Shown here piece by piece: positions 1-10,915 of a stretch of DNA of 64,000 nt; positions within the stretch are counted from its first letter, which is position 1, and each line of letters opens with the position of its first letter. The stretch comes from Hydrolagus colliei (Eukaryota). The position numbers were made by a program, and so were the translations under genes. A model generated the notes under the pieces. The model saw only the letters and a program-made list of their open reading frames with translations. It had not been told where the DNA came from and made no database searches. Location: the NCBI GenBank assembly GCA_035084275.1, contig CM068756.1, positions 14,570,001-14,634,000 on the forward strand. The letters run 5' to 3'.

Positions 1-231
1 ACAGAATATACTGTAAAGTAAATTTACTGTATAGATATGCGTGAAACGTGGCAGCCAATTGCACACAGTAGTGTCCCACAAACAGTCGTGGATTGAAATG
101 ATGATTTTTTCTCGAGGGATTATTATCAAATGTGTGTGGTAAGGAAACTAGTCCAAAGTTTTCCCCAGCCTGGAATCGAACCTAGGTCTCTCACTTGTAA
201 GGCGAGTGCTCTAACCACTGAGCTACAGGAC
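1..231 (-). mobile_element. tRNA-derived SINE (DeuSINE-like family, representative copy)
   Basis: Reverse complement starts gtcctgtagctcagtggttagagcactcgcc...ggttcgattcc (A/B-box tRNA-like head), followed by the body ctgtttgtgggacact..tgtgcaattggctgccacg found dozens of times in the window. Confidence 0.75.
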
Positions 232-687
232 AATTAATGCTCAGAGTTGTCAAATCATGAAGCATTATATTATCATAATAATAATTATTGTATTTGATAT
301 ACAACAACAATAACAAAATTACATTTGTATAACGCCTGTCACATTGGGAGGACATCCCAAGATGCTATATAGTTTTTTCACCTCTTGTGACAGTGTCCCA
401 CAAACAGTCGTGATTCTTTGACCAATTATTATCATATTTAATAAAATAATGAGAGTGAATTTAGGTGGCTGCCAGTTTGAATTGTGCACAATTCATTTTT
501 TTTAATTGGATTTTTCAGCGTAATTATATTTCTTTCCTGGGGAGCGCAACATTGCCATAAATTTACAGATAATGAAATTCAAGAACACAACTGTAAATGT
601 AACGAAAACTATAGAAGAGATTCGTAAAGAATTCTTGTGGGATATTCAAAGATAGGAACAGTTTCAATATCCGTATTAGTCACTTAC

Positions 688-1008
688 CGTACACGGTTAA
701 ACGCGATCCATTTCCATTCCCTGCTTTTTCCCCCAGTGACCTCACGGCGCAGTAATAGACTCCAGCATCCTGAATATTCACATCCAGGAGCTGGAAGAAG
801 CCACTTCCTTTGGTTTTAACCCCAAACTGCTTCCTGCTGTCCTCTTCTGTATGTAGGTAGACACTCTCCCCCTCCTTCCACCAGTACACATGGATTCGCA
901 AAGAGTGTAGAGAGAATGGATAGCTGCAGTAGAAGGTTATGTTTGTTCCTCTGTTTGCCGTCAAATGTTTGGGGAATTGACTTATTTCAACGGATTTATC
1001 GCCAGAAA
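688..1008 (-). CDS. Gene A, VJ-type Ig V-domain exon (NKp30-like V)
   Basis: 321-nt exon flanked by ttcttcatAG and GTaagt, phase 1/1. VSGDKSVEISQFPKHLTANRGTNITFYC...VYWWK...DVNIQDAGVYYCAVRSLGEKAGNGNGSRLTVY, with the canonical Cys, Trp, DxGxYxC and a J-like G strand. Confidence 0.9.
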
Positions 1009-1242
1009 CTATGAAGAATTAAATATTGATGCATGTTAATATTGATAATTGGTTAGGGAAGCAAATAAGTAAAAACAGATAACATACATACAGATGCATT
1101 GAGAGTAAGTCAGTAAATTGTGTTTATTCTGAAACTACTCGGTGATAATAATAATGCTTGGATTTGATATCACGCCTTATCACAGAAAAATATACTGTAA
1201 AGTTTAGTCACAATCTACTTTCACCACTAAATAAACACTTAC

Positions 1243-1291
1243 CCGTGGAAATAATAACCAGAACACACGTGTATAGCAAATAACATCTCAT
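1243..1291 (-). CDS. Gene A, leader (signal peptide) exon
   Basis: ATG..MRCYLLYTCVLVIIST+G followed by GTAAGT; 49 nt, phase 1, in frame with the V exon. Confidence 0.85.
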
Positions 1292-1374
1292 ATTTCTAAC
1301 CGCCTGGCGCGACTGATCTGAAGCTGTTGCTGGTCTATAATATGCATTTGCAGATTGATGTGAAATACATTTTG

Positions 1375-1392
1375 TGACGTTTGACTTCCTCT
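1375..1392 (-). promoter_or_regulatory. Putative ETS (AGAGGAAGT) + CRE half-site (ACGTCA) upstream of gene A
   Basis: Motifs lie about 85-100 bp upstream of the ATG and are copied at 7169-7186. Motif match only. Confidence 0.35.
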
Positions 1393-2667
1393 CTCTTCAG
1401 GAATGGTCAATTGGTTAATAGGCTGTAGCGATTTACACCGAAACAGTGGTTTAGGATTGCATCAGCAAAAGCTTGAGAGGCTCGTCGAAAAAAATATGAT
1501 ACGAACAAGATAAAATGTAATCGAAGTTGGGGGTTTAAAAATAACCTTCGCTTCTTGAATCTGAATGTTGGTTAAAGGAAGTCGTTCCCCACTATAATTT
1601 TTGGGATGAATTTTACGAGACACCTCTTTACCTTACAGTTGCGTCATATTTCTCTCTACTTTTAATACATACTAATTGTGAAACCTACTATAAATATGTT
1701 TCCATGTACATATTTCATCAGCGATTTTCTTTACAGGTTTCGTTTGATTGTTTGATTAAATAAGTATTTATTGATATCATGTTTGATTGAGGGTAAAGTG
1801 TAAGGCTAAAACTGCATCCATGTAAACTCTTTAAATACATTCAAACTGTTTTCTAACTTATGGAAAACAGCATATTATTGATTATTAATCCTCTCCTCAA
1901 TCATGGCCCGAACCTGCTTTCGGCCATGATTGAAGAGAAAAGCAGCAATAAATATATTGCAATATATTGTTCTTGATTTCATAATATTGCCACACAGCTT
2001 TCTGTATATCAGTTAGTACTGTGCACATTTATGAAGACGAGCACACCATGGCTGCTTGACATGTTTCATAATGTTATTTGGAAACCATCATTTATAGTAC
2101 CAAGGCAGTGTAGATGCAGTAATTAAGAGAATTTATTTGCTTCTGTCGTTTTTTTGTGGATGTATTCACCCAAAAATACTGTATATTTCCAGTTTGTCTG
2201 ACCTTGGACGGTACAGGCAGATTAACGATTAAGCAGAGTTAACAATTGACATACTGATTTTCATGGTATTATTTTATATTGAATTGCGAGGTTAATGTGG
2301 AGCATTTAAGTTTCGGTGATGTGGCCATGGCTATCTTTCTTTTAATCGATTTGTGCAGCTTGGAAGTAAGTCATTCAATTAGTCACCATACCTACTTATA
2401 TTTATAGTTAAACCAAATTGTGAATTTGAGTCCTATCAATCGTGGTAAAACAATTGTTTTTATTGACAACAAAGATACTGTATAAAGACGAATAAACCAA
2501 TTTGCAGAACAAAGAGTAATAGTGTAACAAACTTGGAGAGGCAAGATCCTGGGTTGTATCAGAAGAGTGTTTAAGATCCCAGATCTCTCTCTTTTGGAAA
2601 GTCTAACGCAAGGCCAAATGGCCTGTCTGGTAGTTTGGAGCAAGGGGAGTTGTTAAGGCGAACGCTG

Positions 2668-2772
2668 GTAAGAGTGGTTCGCTCTTTTCAAAGAGCCGGC
2701 ACAGACTAGATGGGCCGAATGGCCTCCTTTTGTGCCGTAAAATTCTATGATTCTATGATTCAATGATTCTAA
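2668..2772 (+). mobile_element. CR1 LINE 3' tail fragment
   Basis: cgctcttttcaaagagccggcacagactagatgggccgaatggcctcc...(ctatgatt)n, the same tail as the CR1 copies at 26.4 and 37.7 kb. Confidence 0.75.
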
Positions 2773-4949
2773 GATATGGTCTTGCCCTCCCATGCCCCAC
2801 CCCAGACAGCAAGCCGCCCCTCTTAGATTGTGTTCTGTAGACAACAACAAAATTGCATTTGTATGGCGCCTTTCAGGTCGGGAGGATATCCCAGGTGCTT
2901 GAAAGAATGTGGCCTAATGATGTTCGGCTGCTAAGTTTTTCCTTAAGTTTGAGTACAGCTGAAACCATACCCCTAGATACCAGACAGGACTTTGAATGGA
3001 GCTTCCAAACCAACCTATTCCACCTTTGGAATAGGTTAAAATAAATAGTGAGAAAGTATCATAATGCTCTATGATTAATCTGTCTGTTTTGGTTTTGGAT
3101 CAGAATTGAACTCTGACTCAGGCAACACTCAGCAATGATTATTGGACCAGAGAGTGGATAACTACAAGAAGGAACATGATTAAATTTGATTCTAACGACT
3201 TTCAACTTTACAGTTGCAGTAATGTCAACGTATTATGCATCACAACCACTATTTTACTTGGTAATAATTTCACATTAAACTTTTCTAATATACCAGGGAA
3301 ACCCTATGTCCTGTTCATGGTGAGCAATATACAGTATCAGTGTCACTTTGTCGACTCCTCAATTTGATTCGGGGGAACACATATAACACATATTAGTTTC
3401 AAGCTTTTCGAGATGCAGTCAGCCGTGAAGGGCACAAGTTGTTGTTGTTCTCAAATATTTGTGATGGTCAACCTATTATACAATAAGCAGCAATGCGGTA
3501 AAGAAGGGGAGCTTGGGGGAACTCAAAGGTGAAAATATAAGCCTATGATTGATCAAAGTACAGTTAATATGGAGCCATAATTTCCAATTATACTCAAACA
3601 AAGTGACCCAAGAATTGAATGCACATTTTTTCATTGACTCTTCCTACCCATAAACAGAGACAATTGTGGTGTGGGAAGGTGACCATAAGCATGGCTGAAG
3701 CCGTCTTTATCGAAGTCTTTAATTATGATCTAGAAGGCGGAGGGAAGCCTAGCTAGGACTGGTATGGTGAGGAAATCTATGACAATACTGGCGGTGCTGT
3801 TTTGGATCAGTTTAGTTTGTGGGTGGTGAAACTTGGGAGGACAACGAGGAGCGCATTATATTAGTCGAGGTAGGAGGTGGCTAAGCCATGGAGAGGGGTT
3901 TCGGCTGCTTTGGGTGGGAGGTATCGCCCAAAATGTTCAAATAATCCACAATACTGCCATTCCTATCCGAACCCGCATTCAACTATTGCATATCACCCCA
4001 ATCTTCAACAAGGTCCATAGACTCACTGTCTTCACACCGAATCGACTTGAAGGTCTAACAACAACAACAACTTTATATAGTGCCCTCCACGCCGGACGGC
4101 ATCTCAGATTGCTTAATGTATGAAATCTTTGAAAATGTGGAATTCATTCTTTGCTTTTCATGGTGCTATTTGAGCTGTCAGTTCACACTGGCAAATTTAC
4201 AAAATTCAGACGAGTGTTAATCCTTACGATTGAAAATATTACTGTTAATGCGGTTCCAGGAAGCAACTACATGTTATGGAGCTCTGCAAACCACATGCCA
4301 CAGATTTATTTAAAAGCATAACCTACAGCTCCACCTTATGGCATATTATATAGTAATTCTTGCTTTTCGTGCAGCAATGTTCCTTTCTGTGATAATAATA
4401 ATCATCCTTGCATTTGATACTGCACCTTATGATGTCTTCACGACGACTCAAAGCGATTTAAAATGCTTATCAGGTTTCTCTGTGAAATTTAGTAATTGTA
4501 TAATTTGTAGGCTAAGATAAAACAAACTATTATTCTTTTCAGTTAAAACCTTGTTATATGCGTATACTATCTTGTGAATAACTTTGTTGGGTCATTATAT
4601 ATATATACACCAATGTACTCACAATAGCACCATAATAATAATTAGTTAAATAATTTATACCGGTGACTTGGCTAACAAGCTCCCCAATAAAATTGGCCAA
4701 TCCATTGTTGTACGTGAGACATGGCACTGTACAAATTCATGATCGTGGTCACCTATAAAATATCCACAATAGCAATACTTTACAGTATATGATTTGAAAT
4801 GTGTGTGAGAGTGATGGCTTGAAGTTGGTCAGTTTGAACATTAAGCCAGCGGAGCTTGGTGAGGATTGGAATAGTGCATGTAAGGTTACGAGTGGTGGAA
4901 TTATGGATTAGTTGAAAACCTCGTGGATGATTAAACGGAGCAAATCTGA

Positions 4950-5900
4950 GAGGAATGCATTTGAGAAGTCCAAGAGGGAAGTATAAAAGCATGGACCAGA
5001 ATTTCGGTGACATTTTCTGTGTGAGGTAGAAGCCAATGGCGTTAATTCGGTGGAGATTAAGTGAAGCAGTCTTGATCAGAGACTGAATAGGAGATAGGAA
5101 GGACAGCTGAGAATGGAACCGGATGTCAAGGTTGAGAACACAGGGAGTTTCAGGTAAAGACTGGGGAGGTTAAGGCAGTAGAACCTGAGGGAGCTAACGA
5201 GGTTGGCTTCCATCTTGTCCATGTTGAGTTGCAGATGGTTGCTGCTCATCCAGCCCTTGATATCTAATCGGCAGACACACAGCACATCAGTGGGCCTGGG
5301 ATTGCTAATGGAAGTAGAAAATTAGATTTACATGTCATTTGCATAACTGTGGAAAATAACCTTATTTATGTGGATGGTGATTCCAATAGGAAGCACGTAT
5401 CCCAAGTTTCCAATGCAAGGGACAGCCTCAATCAAACTCTATAGATTTTGGACAACCTGTATCTATCTTGGGCATTAATGGTGATGCCCATCTGTCCATC
5501 TTCCCCCACAACTGGCCCCTAACCAAGAAAGCTTTCCTCCACTTCCGCCACAGTGCCTGCCTCTGACTGTACCTCACTGTCAAGTCATCTGAAACCCTCC
5601 TACGTGCCTTTGGCACCTCCCATCTAGACTACTGCAATACCATTTTCGCCACTCTTCTCACCTCCACTACCTACAAAATAAACTGATTCAAAACTCCACC
5701 ACCCATATTTACCCCAGACTAAACACTGTATACCAATCACATTAGTTCCAGCCAATTATCCATCCATCTTCCCTTTCTTCCCTTATTTCAAATCACAACT
5801 TAATAGCTTTCTATTCAACTGTACTTACGGCCATGTCCTCCCCCACCACCTCACATCTCACCACAATGAAATGTGAAATGCCATCTGATATAATATGTAA
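4950..5900. mobile_element. Degenerate L2 LINE RT fragments (both orientations)
   Basis: The minus-strand ORF contains DIKGWMSSNHLQLNMDKMEA, matching the L2 RT segment MSTNFLQLNVNKTEA at 28.9 kb; the plus-strand remnant follows it. Confidence 0.6.
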
Positions 5901-6577
5901 TCAATTCACATTACAACATATTCTGTGAAGCCCATTGAGAAGCCTCAAAGTTGTGATAAAGCACTGTATCGAACAAAATGACCAATAGTATAATTATCAA
6001 TAAATCCTTCTTTGATAAAAGAAAATATCTTAAAAATCGGCCGATTAAATAGCTATACAGTAACTAAAGGAAGTTTGGACATTTTGCTTTGTTGTGTGCA
6101 ATATAAGTAATAATAATAATCCTTGCATTTGAGATAGTGCTTTTTACCTTTTATCGACGTCTCAAAAAGCTTCACTGTAAAGTGAATTGATTGTATATTT
6201 GGGAGGTGACAAAGGCATGCAGGAGGGTTTGGGCTGATTTTCGAGTACAGCGAATTATGAAGAAAGAGCTGGAAGTAGATGTGGCACAAAATTCAAACCA
6301 CAATCTATATTGGGGAACAACTTCCTGCAGTGTATTAACCAACATGTTGGTTCAGGAAATGATGGTTATTTTTTAACCTCAACTTCGGATCCATTTATCT
6401 GCTTTCAACATTTTCTGTGCACTCCTCTCTTGCGATTGCCGATACAATTCTAAGCCACTGAGCCACAGTGTATTATGGCCATTCATAAAGAGGGAGTCAA
6501 ACATCACGTGAGATACTTCATATCAATCCGTATATGCTACAGACCAGCGACAGCTTCCGATCAATCCGATGACAAAT

Positions 6578-6626
6578 ATGTCAAGTCCTTCGCTATACAT
6601 GTGCATCCTAGCGATTATTTCCACGG
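6578..6626 (+). CDS. Gene X, native leader exon
   Basis: MSSPSLYMCILAIIST+G followed by GTATGT; 49 nt, phase 1, paralogous to the gene A leader. Confidence 0.75.
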
Positions 6627-7007
6627 GTATGTGAATACTCTATCACACAGTTTATTTAACATGGCAAGTAGACTGATCAGCTCCAGATTAAACACCCCAG
6701 TTTACAACAACAACATAATTTTAATTTGTATGGTGCCTTTCACAGCGGAATGGCGTGCCAAGGTGCTAGATAATCAATGTTTTTCAACCAAGCTGATAAT
6801 TAGGATGCGGTGGGTGGAGGGGAGGAGGGTGATCCAAAGTACGATCGAGGACGAGGGTCTTGGAGAAATTAACTGACGTGTCTGTATGTATCTTTTGTCT
6901 AATTTCACTTTTTGCTTCGCTACCCACTTGTCAATATTAACACGTATCATTGTTTCATTTTTTATAGTTTCAATTGTCACTATTAACATGCATTTAATTC
7001 TTCATAG

Positions 7008-7056
7008 TTTCTAGCGGTAAATCCGTTGAAATAACTCAATTCCCCGAATATTTGAC
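7008..7056 (+). pseudogene. Gene X, 5' fragment of the original V exon
   Basis: ttcttcatAG then VSSGKSVEITQFPEYLT, paralogous to A's VSGDKSVEISQFPKHLT; breaks off at ttgac|taaac. Confidence 0.8.
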
Positions 7057-7269
7057 TAAACTTTACAGTATATTCTGTGATAAGGCGTGATATCAAATCC
7101 AATATTGTAAATCCCTACCCAATTGTAAATCGCTACAGCCTATTAACTAATTGAGCATTCCTGAAGAGAGAGGAAGTCAAACGTCACAAGATGTATTTCA
7201 CATCAATCTGCAAATGCTTATTATAGACCAGCAACAGCTTCAGATCAGTCGCGCCAGGCGGTTAGAAAT

Positions 7270-7318
7270 ATGAGATGTTATTTGCTATACACGTGTGTTC
7301 TGGTTATTATTTCCACGG
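7270..7318 (+). CDS. Duplicated gene A-type leader exon (weakened donor)
   Basis: Encodes MRCYLLYTCVLVIIST+G, but the donor is GTGTTT instead of GTAAGT (4-nt deletion relative to gene A). Confidence 0.65.
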
Positions 7319-7549
7319 GTGTTTATTTAGTGGTGAAAGTAGATTGTGACTAAACTTTACAGTATATGTTTTTGTGATAAGGCGTGATATCAAATCCAAG
7401 CATCATTATTATCACCGAGTAGTTTCAGAATAAACACAATTTACTGACTTACTCTCAATGCATCTGTATGTATGTTTATCTGTTTTTTCTTATTTGCTTC
7501 CCTACCCAATTGTCAATATTAACATGCATCAATATTTAATTCTTCATAG

Positions 7550-7870
7550 TTCCTGGCGATAAATCCGTTGAAATAAGTCAATTCCCCAAACATTTGACGG
7601 CAAACAGAGGAACAAACATAACCTTCTACTGCAGCTATCCATTCTCTCTACACTCTTTGCGTATCCATGTGTACTGGTGGAAGGAGGGGGAGAGTGTCTA
7701 CCTACATACAGAAGAGGACAGCAGGAAGCAGTTTGGGATTAAAACCAAAGGAAGTGGCTTCTTCCAGCTCCTGGATGTGAATATTCAGGATGCTGGAGTC
7801 TATTACTGCGCCGTGAGGTCACTGGGGGAAAAAGCAGGGAATGGAAATGGATCGCGTTTAACCGTGTACG
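7550..7870 (+). CDS. Inserted A-type VJ V-domain exon, now upstream of gene X C1
   Basis: Intact 321-nt exon (AG/GTAAGT): VPGDKSVEISQ...GNGNGSRLTVY; 2 aa differences from gene A V. Confidence 0.88.
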
Positions 7871-8331
7871 GTAAGTGACTAATATGAAACTGTTCCTATC
7901 TTTGAATATCCCACAAAAATTCTTTACGAATCTCTTGTATAGTTTTCGTTACATTTACAGGTGTGTTCTTGAATTTCATTATCTGTAAATTTATGGCAAT
8001 GTTGCGCTCCCCAGGAAAGAAATACAATTACGCTGAAAAATCCAATTAAAAAACAACAACTAATTGTGCACAATTCAAACTGGCAGCCAGCTAAATTCAC
8101 TCTCATTATTTTGTTAAATATAATAATAATTGGTCAAAGAATCACGACTGTTTGTGGGACACTGTCACAAGACGTGAAAAAACTATATAGTACTATAGCA
8201 TCTTGGGACGTCCTCCCAATGTGACAGGCGTTATACAAATGTAATTTTGTTATTGTTGTTGTATATCAAATACAATAATTATTATTATGATAATATAATG
8301 CTTCATGATTTGACAACTCTGAGCATTAATT

Positions 8332-8507
8332 GTCCTGTAGCTCAGTGGTTAGAGCACTTGCCTTATAAGCAAGAGACCTAGGTTCGATTCCAGGCAGGGG
8401 AAAACTTTGGACCAGTTTCCTTACCACACACACTTGATAATAATCCCTCGAAAAAAAATCGTCATTTCAATCCACGACTGTTTGTGGGACACTGCTGTGC
8501 GCAATTG
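8332..8507 (+). mobile_element. tRNA-derived SINE, truncated at the insertion breakpoint
   Basis: Head gtcctgtagctcagtggttagagcac...ggttcgattcc; copy of 56-231. Confidence 0.75.
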
Positions 8508-8574
8508 ACTGGTATCGTGATATCACTGGGGGAAAAAGCCGGGAATGGAAATGGATCGTGTTTAATCATGTGCG
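8508..8574 (+). pseudogene. Gene X, 3' fragment of the original V exon (F-G strands / J-like end)
   Basis: Reads ...SLGEKAGNGNGSCLIMC+G then GTAAGT; the following intron is a diverged paralog of the A-type V-C1 intron. Confidence 0.8.
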
Positions 8575-9516
8575 GTAAGTAATTAATATGAGTCATGAAA
8601 CGCTCCTATATTTGAATATCCTACAAAAAAGTTTCTCAGAGCACGTTTTATCTTAAATACTATACACCATATACAGAACATATAATTAGAAATTATTTTA
8701 GAATTTTCTGGTGCTTTAAAGACTGTGATTCTCACTAGTCTGTTTATTCCACCAGTAACCATTCTGTATCTATCTACTGACTTGCAATCTCTAAAGATTG
8801 ATCCACAAGAAAAATGTCTCATATTTTTAAATATATAATTTGATTGCCTTCAATGAGTAGTTGACCCACTCTTGTGCAATTTATGGAAGGTATTGGCGCA
8901 TTTGTATTATTAATGATAACAGTAATAACATATTTGATATGTAGGTATTTCCATGCCTTTCAAATCGACATAAATCGTTGTAAAATCCTGTAACTTTTGT
9001 ACGTGAAGCCGGCACCCAATCTCCAAACAGCAATGTTCAAAAAACATTTTTGATGTAAATGACCAATTTTATCTGTGGAATTGTTGGCCAGGAGCTGGGG
9101 AGAAATCTCTTCTCTTTTCCCAAAACGCTGTGGCATCTTCAGCAGCTCCTGAAGAGGCAGAGGGGACCTCAATTTAATGGGTCCTCGGTGGTGATATCCC
9201 TGAATAAAGCCGCCTTCCCCCAGGGCTTCATTAGGTGTCAAATGGTAATAAAAATCAATGCATTTGATGTGGCGTTGAATCACATCCCAGATAGCTTCAA
9301 ACATTTCATAATCTATTTGTAGGTGAATACGGCCAATATGTGCACATAACCCCCTACCACCGTTAAAAAAAAGAAGTCGTAAAGATTTACAAAGATTTAC
9401 AATCCTTCGAGTCTTCTTGGTCGTCGTCAGTGGATTGGAACTAAATTAATGTGATAGAAATCAGACCAATTTACACCCCCAATTAATATGGTTCTGTCTC
9501 TTTATCTGTTCCCCAG

Positions 9517-9825
9517 TTCCACCAACTCCACTGGCGATTTCCCGCGGGCTTCCCGAAACAAATCAGTCTGTGTTTCTGACTCTTGTGTGTGAAACGGCTG
9601 AGTTTTACCCGGAGAATCTGAACTTTACTTGGTATAAAAATGGCACAGAAATGACAACAGTGACTAACACCATCAAGCAGCAGAATCTCGGGAAATTGTT
9701 TAAAGCTTACAGTTACACGAAGACACAGCGTGTCCAGAACGGGGACGTTTACATCTGTTTGGTGTCTCATATCAGTCTCCAGAATCCAGAAATTGCCAAC
9801 TACATGGTTCAGCTTCCTGACACAG
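9517..9825 (+). CDS. Gene X, Ig C1-set exon
   Basis: 309 nt, ccccAG/GTaggt, phase 1/1; LTLVCETAEFYPENLNFTWYKNG...YICLVSHISL (C1 motifs FYP, WxKNG, YxCxVxHxSL). Confidence 0.88.
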
Positions 9826-10901
9826 GTAGGTCACCAATAATCTTAATATTATTTTATGATATGGTAAATTGTGACGGGATTGTCTTCTTGTATTAAAGTA
9901 TCTCGGAAAATATAGATACACCGTTAGTGTCATGAAAATATGCTGTAATTGTAAAAGCATCCATATTTGAATATTAAAACTGTTGTATGCCCCCATGTTC
10001 CTCTCTAAAAATATTGACACATTTTAGAATCACATCACGAATGAGTCTATTGCAGAATTAAGATAAAATTACATTACTGTTTATTAGTGAAATATTTTTG
10101 TAAAGTATTGTGATAATGACAGCTTGCATTTATATAATGCTCTCTAAGCAGGTAGCATCTCAGAGCGCTTAACCATGACGGAGCCTGACTGCGCTCATGG
10201 TAGATGGGTTGGTGGGGGTGCCCGTAAGCGCAGTTGATGGGGAAAGTTTTGAGGTGGGGCGTGAAAAGGGGGAAATAGGAGGCAAGGTGGGGGAGAGTAT
10301 TCCAGAGTTTCGGGGCTAAAGTAACCCTCAGAATTAGATTTGTTTGCATCAACCCTAGTGTTTCATACACAGAAACTAATCACCATGATTCAGTTTAAGC
10401 AAACCAGAATAAACCTTCCACATATGCAAGCTACCTAGACGTAGTAATTTCCTCACGTTTGGAATCGAGTGCACACTCTCCGAAATGATATATTTTGTTA
10501 ACCTAATTCCACAAAGGAATCCAATTTTCTGTTTTCATTTCTGCATGTTTTATTCTGGATAGGTAACCTTAGGTGACGGAATTATAAAATGACCTTGCTA
10601 AGAAATAGAGCATAGATAAAGGCATATTTTCTCTGTTTTAACCGTCCTTTCAAAAGAGATGTTTTGTTTTGAATTTGATAATATTGGGGCACTGCACTGC
10701 GGGAGTCATAGAGGACTGCACTACTCGTTATGAATTCTAAACGAAGAATAGTGCTCCCAACTCACCTGAGGCACATTAGTGAAACAAATTACCTTTAGTG
10801 TTCAAAACCACATATGATACAGCAGAAATTATGTTATGTCTTTAAAAGTAAGACCTAACGGGAAAAAAAACGGTTGATCATATTGCTTTTCATTCCAACA
10901 G

Positions 10902-10915
10902 AGCAAATTGAATGA
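10902..10915 (+). CDS. Gene X, putative terminal exon (adds EQIE*)
   Basis: The acceptor cattccaacAG is homologous to the terminal-exon acceptors of B (30587) and C (43517); in phase 1 it gives GAG CAA ATT GAA TGA. Confidence 0.45.

Larger units (their letters stand above)
7124..8507 (+). repeat. Inverted duplication of 56-1437 (gene A proximal promoter + leader + V + intron/SINE)
   Basis: Continuous reverse-complement match from tgtaaatcgctacagcc to gcaattg; the V exons differ at 3 of 321 nt. Confidence 0.9.

Noticed and set aside
6464-6500. CACAGTG heptamer upstream of gene X
   Set aside because: No ACAAAAACC-like nonamer at a 12- or 23-bp spacing, and it is not adjacent to a V end.
8332-8400. 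tRNA gene-like sequence (also at 170-231, about 23600-23668 and 39457-39530)
   Set aside because: A/B boxes are present, but no acceptor stem closes and the sequence continues into a SINE body; these are SINE heads.
8508-8574. Free J gene segment for V(D)J recombination
   Set aside because: No heptamer-spacer-nonamer upstream (cactggg is coding sequence); it is better explained as the 3' end of a split V exon.
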